DNA from: Antedon mediterranea
Lineage: Eukaryota > Animalia > Echinodermata
Reading direction: 5' to 3'
Assembly: GCF_964355755.1 (NCBI RefSeq)
Contig: NC_092673.1
Coordinates: 16,985,648 to 17,049,647, forward strand
DNA: 64,000 nt
Part shown: piece by piece, positions 62,290 to 64,000 of the stretch
How positions within the stretch are numbered: the stretch's first letter is position 1
How the letters are laid out: each line of letters starts with the position of its first letter
Notes under the pieces: generated by a model
The model's input: the letters and a program-made list of their open reading frames with translations, nothing else
Databases searched by the model: none
What the model was told of the DNA's origin: nothing
Program-made: the position numbers and the translations under genes

Positions 62290-63116
62290 CTAGTTTCCTT
62301 TTGCACCTGCCTTGTAATTTAACCAAGGCTTTATCCTGAATACCACAGCTTAGAATTAGTAGGCCTACTTTAATGAAGAAAAATCACATAAAAGTAACAA
62401 TAAATCCATTAAATTGGTGATTTTACAGACGTTGTTTTTCTCGCATTCGCACACTCAATGTTCAATATTTTGGTTTCTATGGAACGCCAAAAGAGCAAAA
62501 TTAATTAGAGGGCTAAAAACTCTGTGGAATCCATTTATATTTAACGCATTATTTGGTGAAAATCAAGTACAATTTCAATAGATTTTGTCACTGTCAGTAA
62601 GGAAAAATGTTACTGTTGATAATGTACACGGTTTCGTTAACCTTTTAAAGAATAAAATAGAAAAATTCATCATAATATCCTTAGTAGGATGTCCTAGGTC
62701 TAGACTAGGTAGTGATGTTGATTTAGGATCGATTATTATTCTTTGAAAACAGAACAGTATCAGCAGTAACATATTACAACATTTTTATTGACAAATTAAC
62801 AAATATATTGAAATAAAACGTGTTTTTCACCAATAAATGCATGAGAAATTGACGCATTCCACTGAGTTTTAGTCCTCTATTATCGTTGCTATTTTGGCGC
62901 TCCATAGAAACAAAAATATTGAACATTGAATAAGTGAAATTCGCGAACAGTGTGCGAGAAACACGCCTGTAAAATCATTAATTTAAGGATTTATTTGTTA
63001 CTTTTTATGTGATTCTTTCATTAAAGTACTCATGAGGTATACTTCTAAGGTGTGGTATTCACACGATAAAGTTAGTTATCAAATTTGGAGTAAAAATACA
63101 AGCGAAGGAAACTAGC
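62290..63116. mobile_element. MITE with long diverged inverted arms and a nested inner inverted pair
   Basis: ctagtttcctt...gattttacagacg (62290-62431) inverted with cgcctgtaaaatc...aaggaaactag (62963-63116); inner tcaatattttggtttctatgga / tccatagaaacaaaaatattga. The same modules occur at 34325-34460 and 43200-43690. Confidence 0.7.
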
Positions 63117-64000
63117 GCCAGGTTTATTAGTACGTACATGGACAACAATAAATAGAAATCGTTCGTAATATACCTAGCTTACTAAAACAGGAATAGTGTA
63201 TCATTATTAAATATTACACCAATTATTATTTTATCAAAATTGATTAAATTATTTTCTACATAGGCCTTTATCTAGGTTAGGGCTAAGCATATTAGCTAAA
63301 GTTTAATTTTAGGCCTAGTATTACAATTGTCGGACGTAAGTCTTTTTTTCACACGCGCTCCAGAATTCTGTCGCAATTTTTTTCTTTGCGGCATGTTATT
63401 GGATCGGCATATCAGTTACCTTTTATTCACCGCCAGTTATTGAACTTGTCCTGGCAATCGCTGTTCACCTTATTTGCGAGAGAGGTACACGTGTTGTTCC
63501 TAGAGAATGGAATGTCAAAAATGTCTTTGGCACGCCGCTCAGAGAGAAATCTGTGCGTTGCTGCTGAAACCACGTGCTATAGGAGGGGAATGCACCACAA
63601 TCCTCTGAGCTGAGGGCTGAATCATTCCGCTACCTGCTAAATAGTAAAGAGGGATTTTCCATCTCTCGGGTCTACCGGATCTAGGCGCAGGGGTGTGACA
63701 AAATATTATTTTCACTCTGCTATGTTCGAGAGACATGTGAGTGAACACGCTCGAAATGCCAACAAACATTGCAGTCATTTGATGAGTGTGTCGCTATAAC
63801 AATTATTGTTTATCGAAAGTTGAAGACTGTCGTTCAGATTTTTTAACCGTAGTTTGGGCACTTTTGTAAAAGTAAAATTTGACACGATATGACTTGAATG
63901 AAAAAACAATCGTTACATAAAAATAAACAACATGATGAGTGTATACACGAATCTATTTAGATACGCTTGTATCGATTGATTATTAGGCCTATAATATAGC

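Overview
AT-rich, intron-containing animal genomic DNA, probably a marine invertebrate (an inference from the repeat families and gene type; not prokaryotic, no CRISPR). The main feature is a 25-exon plus-strand gene (3496-25894, N-terminus upstream of the window). Hand-splicing at GT-AG sites gives one continuous frame of about 1,155 codons with the architecture Roc GTPase - COR - Cys/His motif - tandem death-effector domains (DED-DED) - linker - two transmembrane helices, i.e. an apparently membrane-anchored ROCO/death-fold protein with no kinase in the visible part. Its Roc domain carries a triplicated basic/acidic exon pair with Helitron 3'-end fragments at the duplication junctions, and its G4 Asp is replaced by Gly. 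Its last coding exon is interrupted by a MITE that supplies the stop codon. A second plus-strand gene begins at about 53.5-59.4 kb with ankyrin-repeat exons ending in the same splice phase in which the Roc exon starts, so it may be a tandem paralogue. The region between them holds a 10.4-kb TIR/TSD-bounded element with nested inverted repeats, two oppositely oriented 93-bp satellite arrays and back-to-back Helitrons. MITEs (Kolobok-, hAT-, MULE-like), LINE fragments (Tx1/L1, Rex1/Babar, RTE-like), Deu-domain-like SINEs and minisatellites occur across the window. All domain and family calls are by-eye motif recognition, not database searches.
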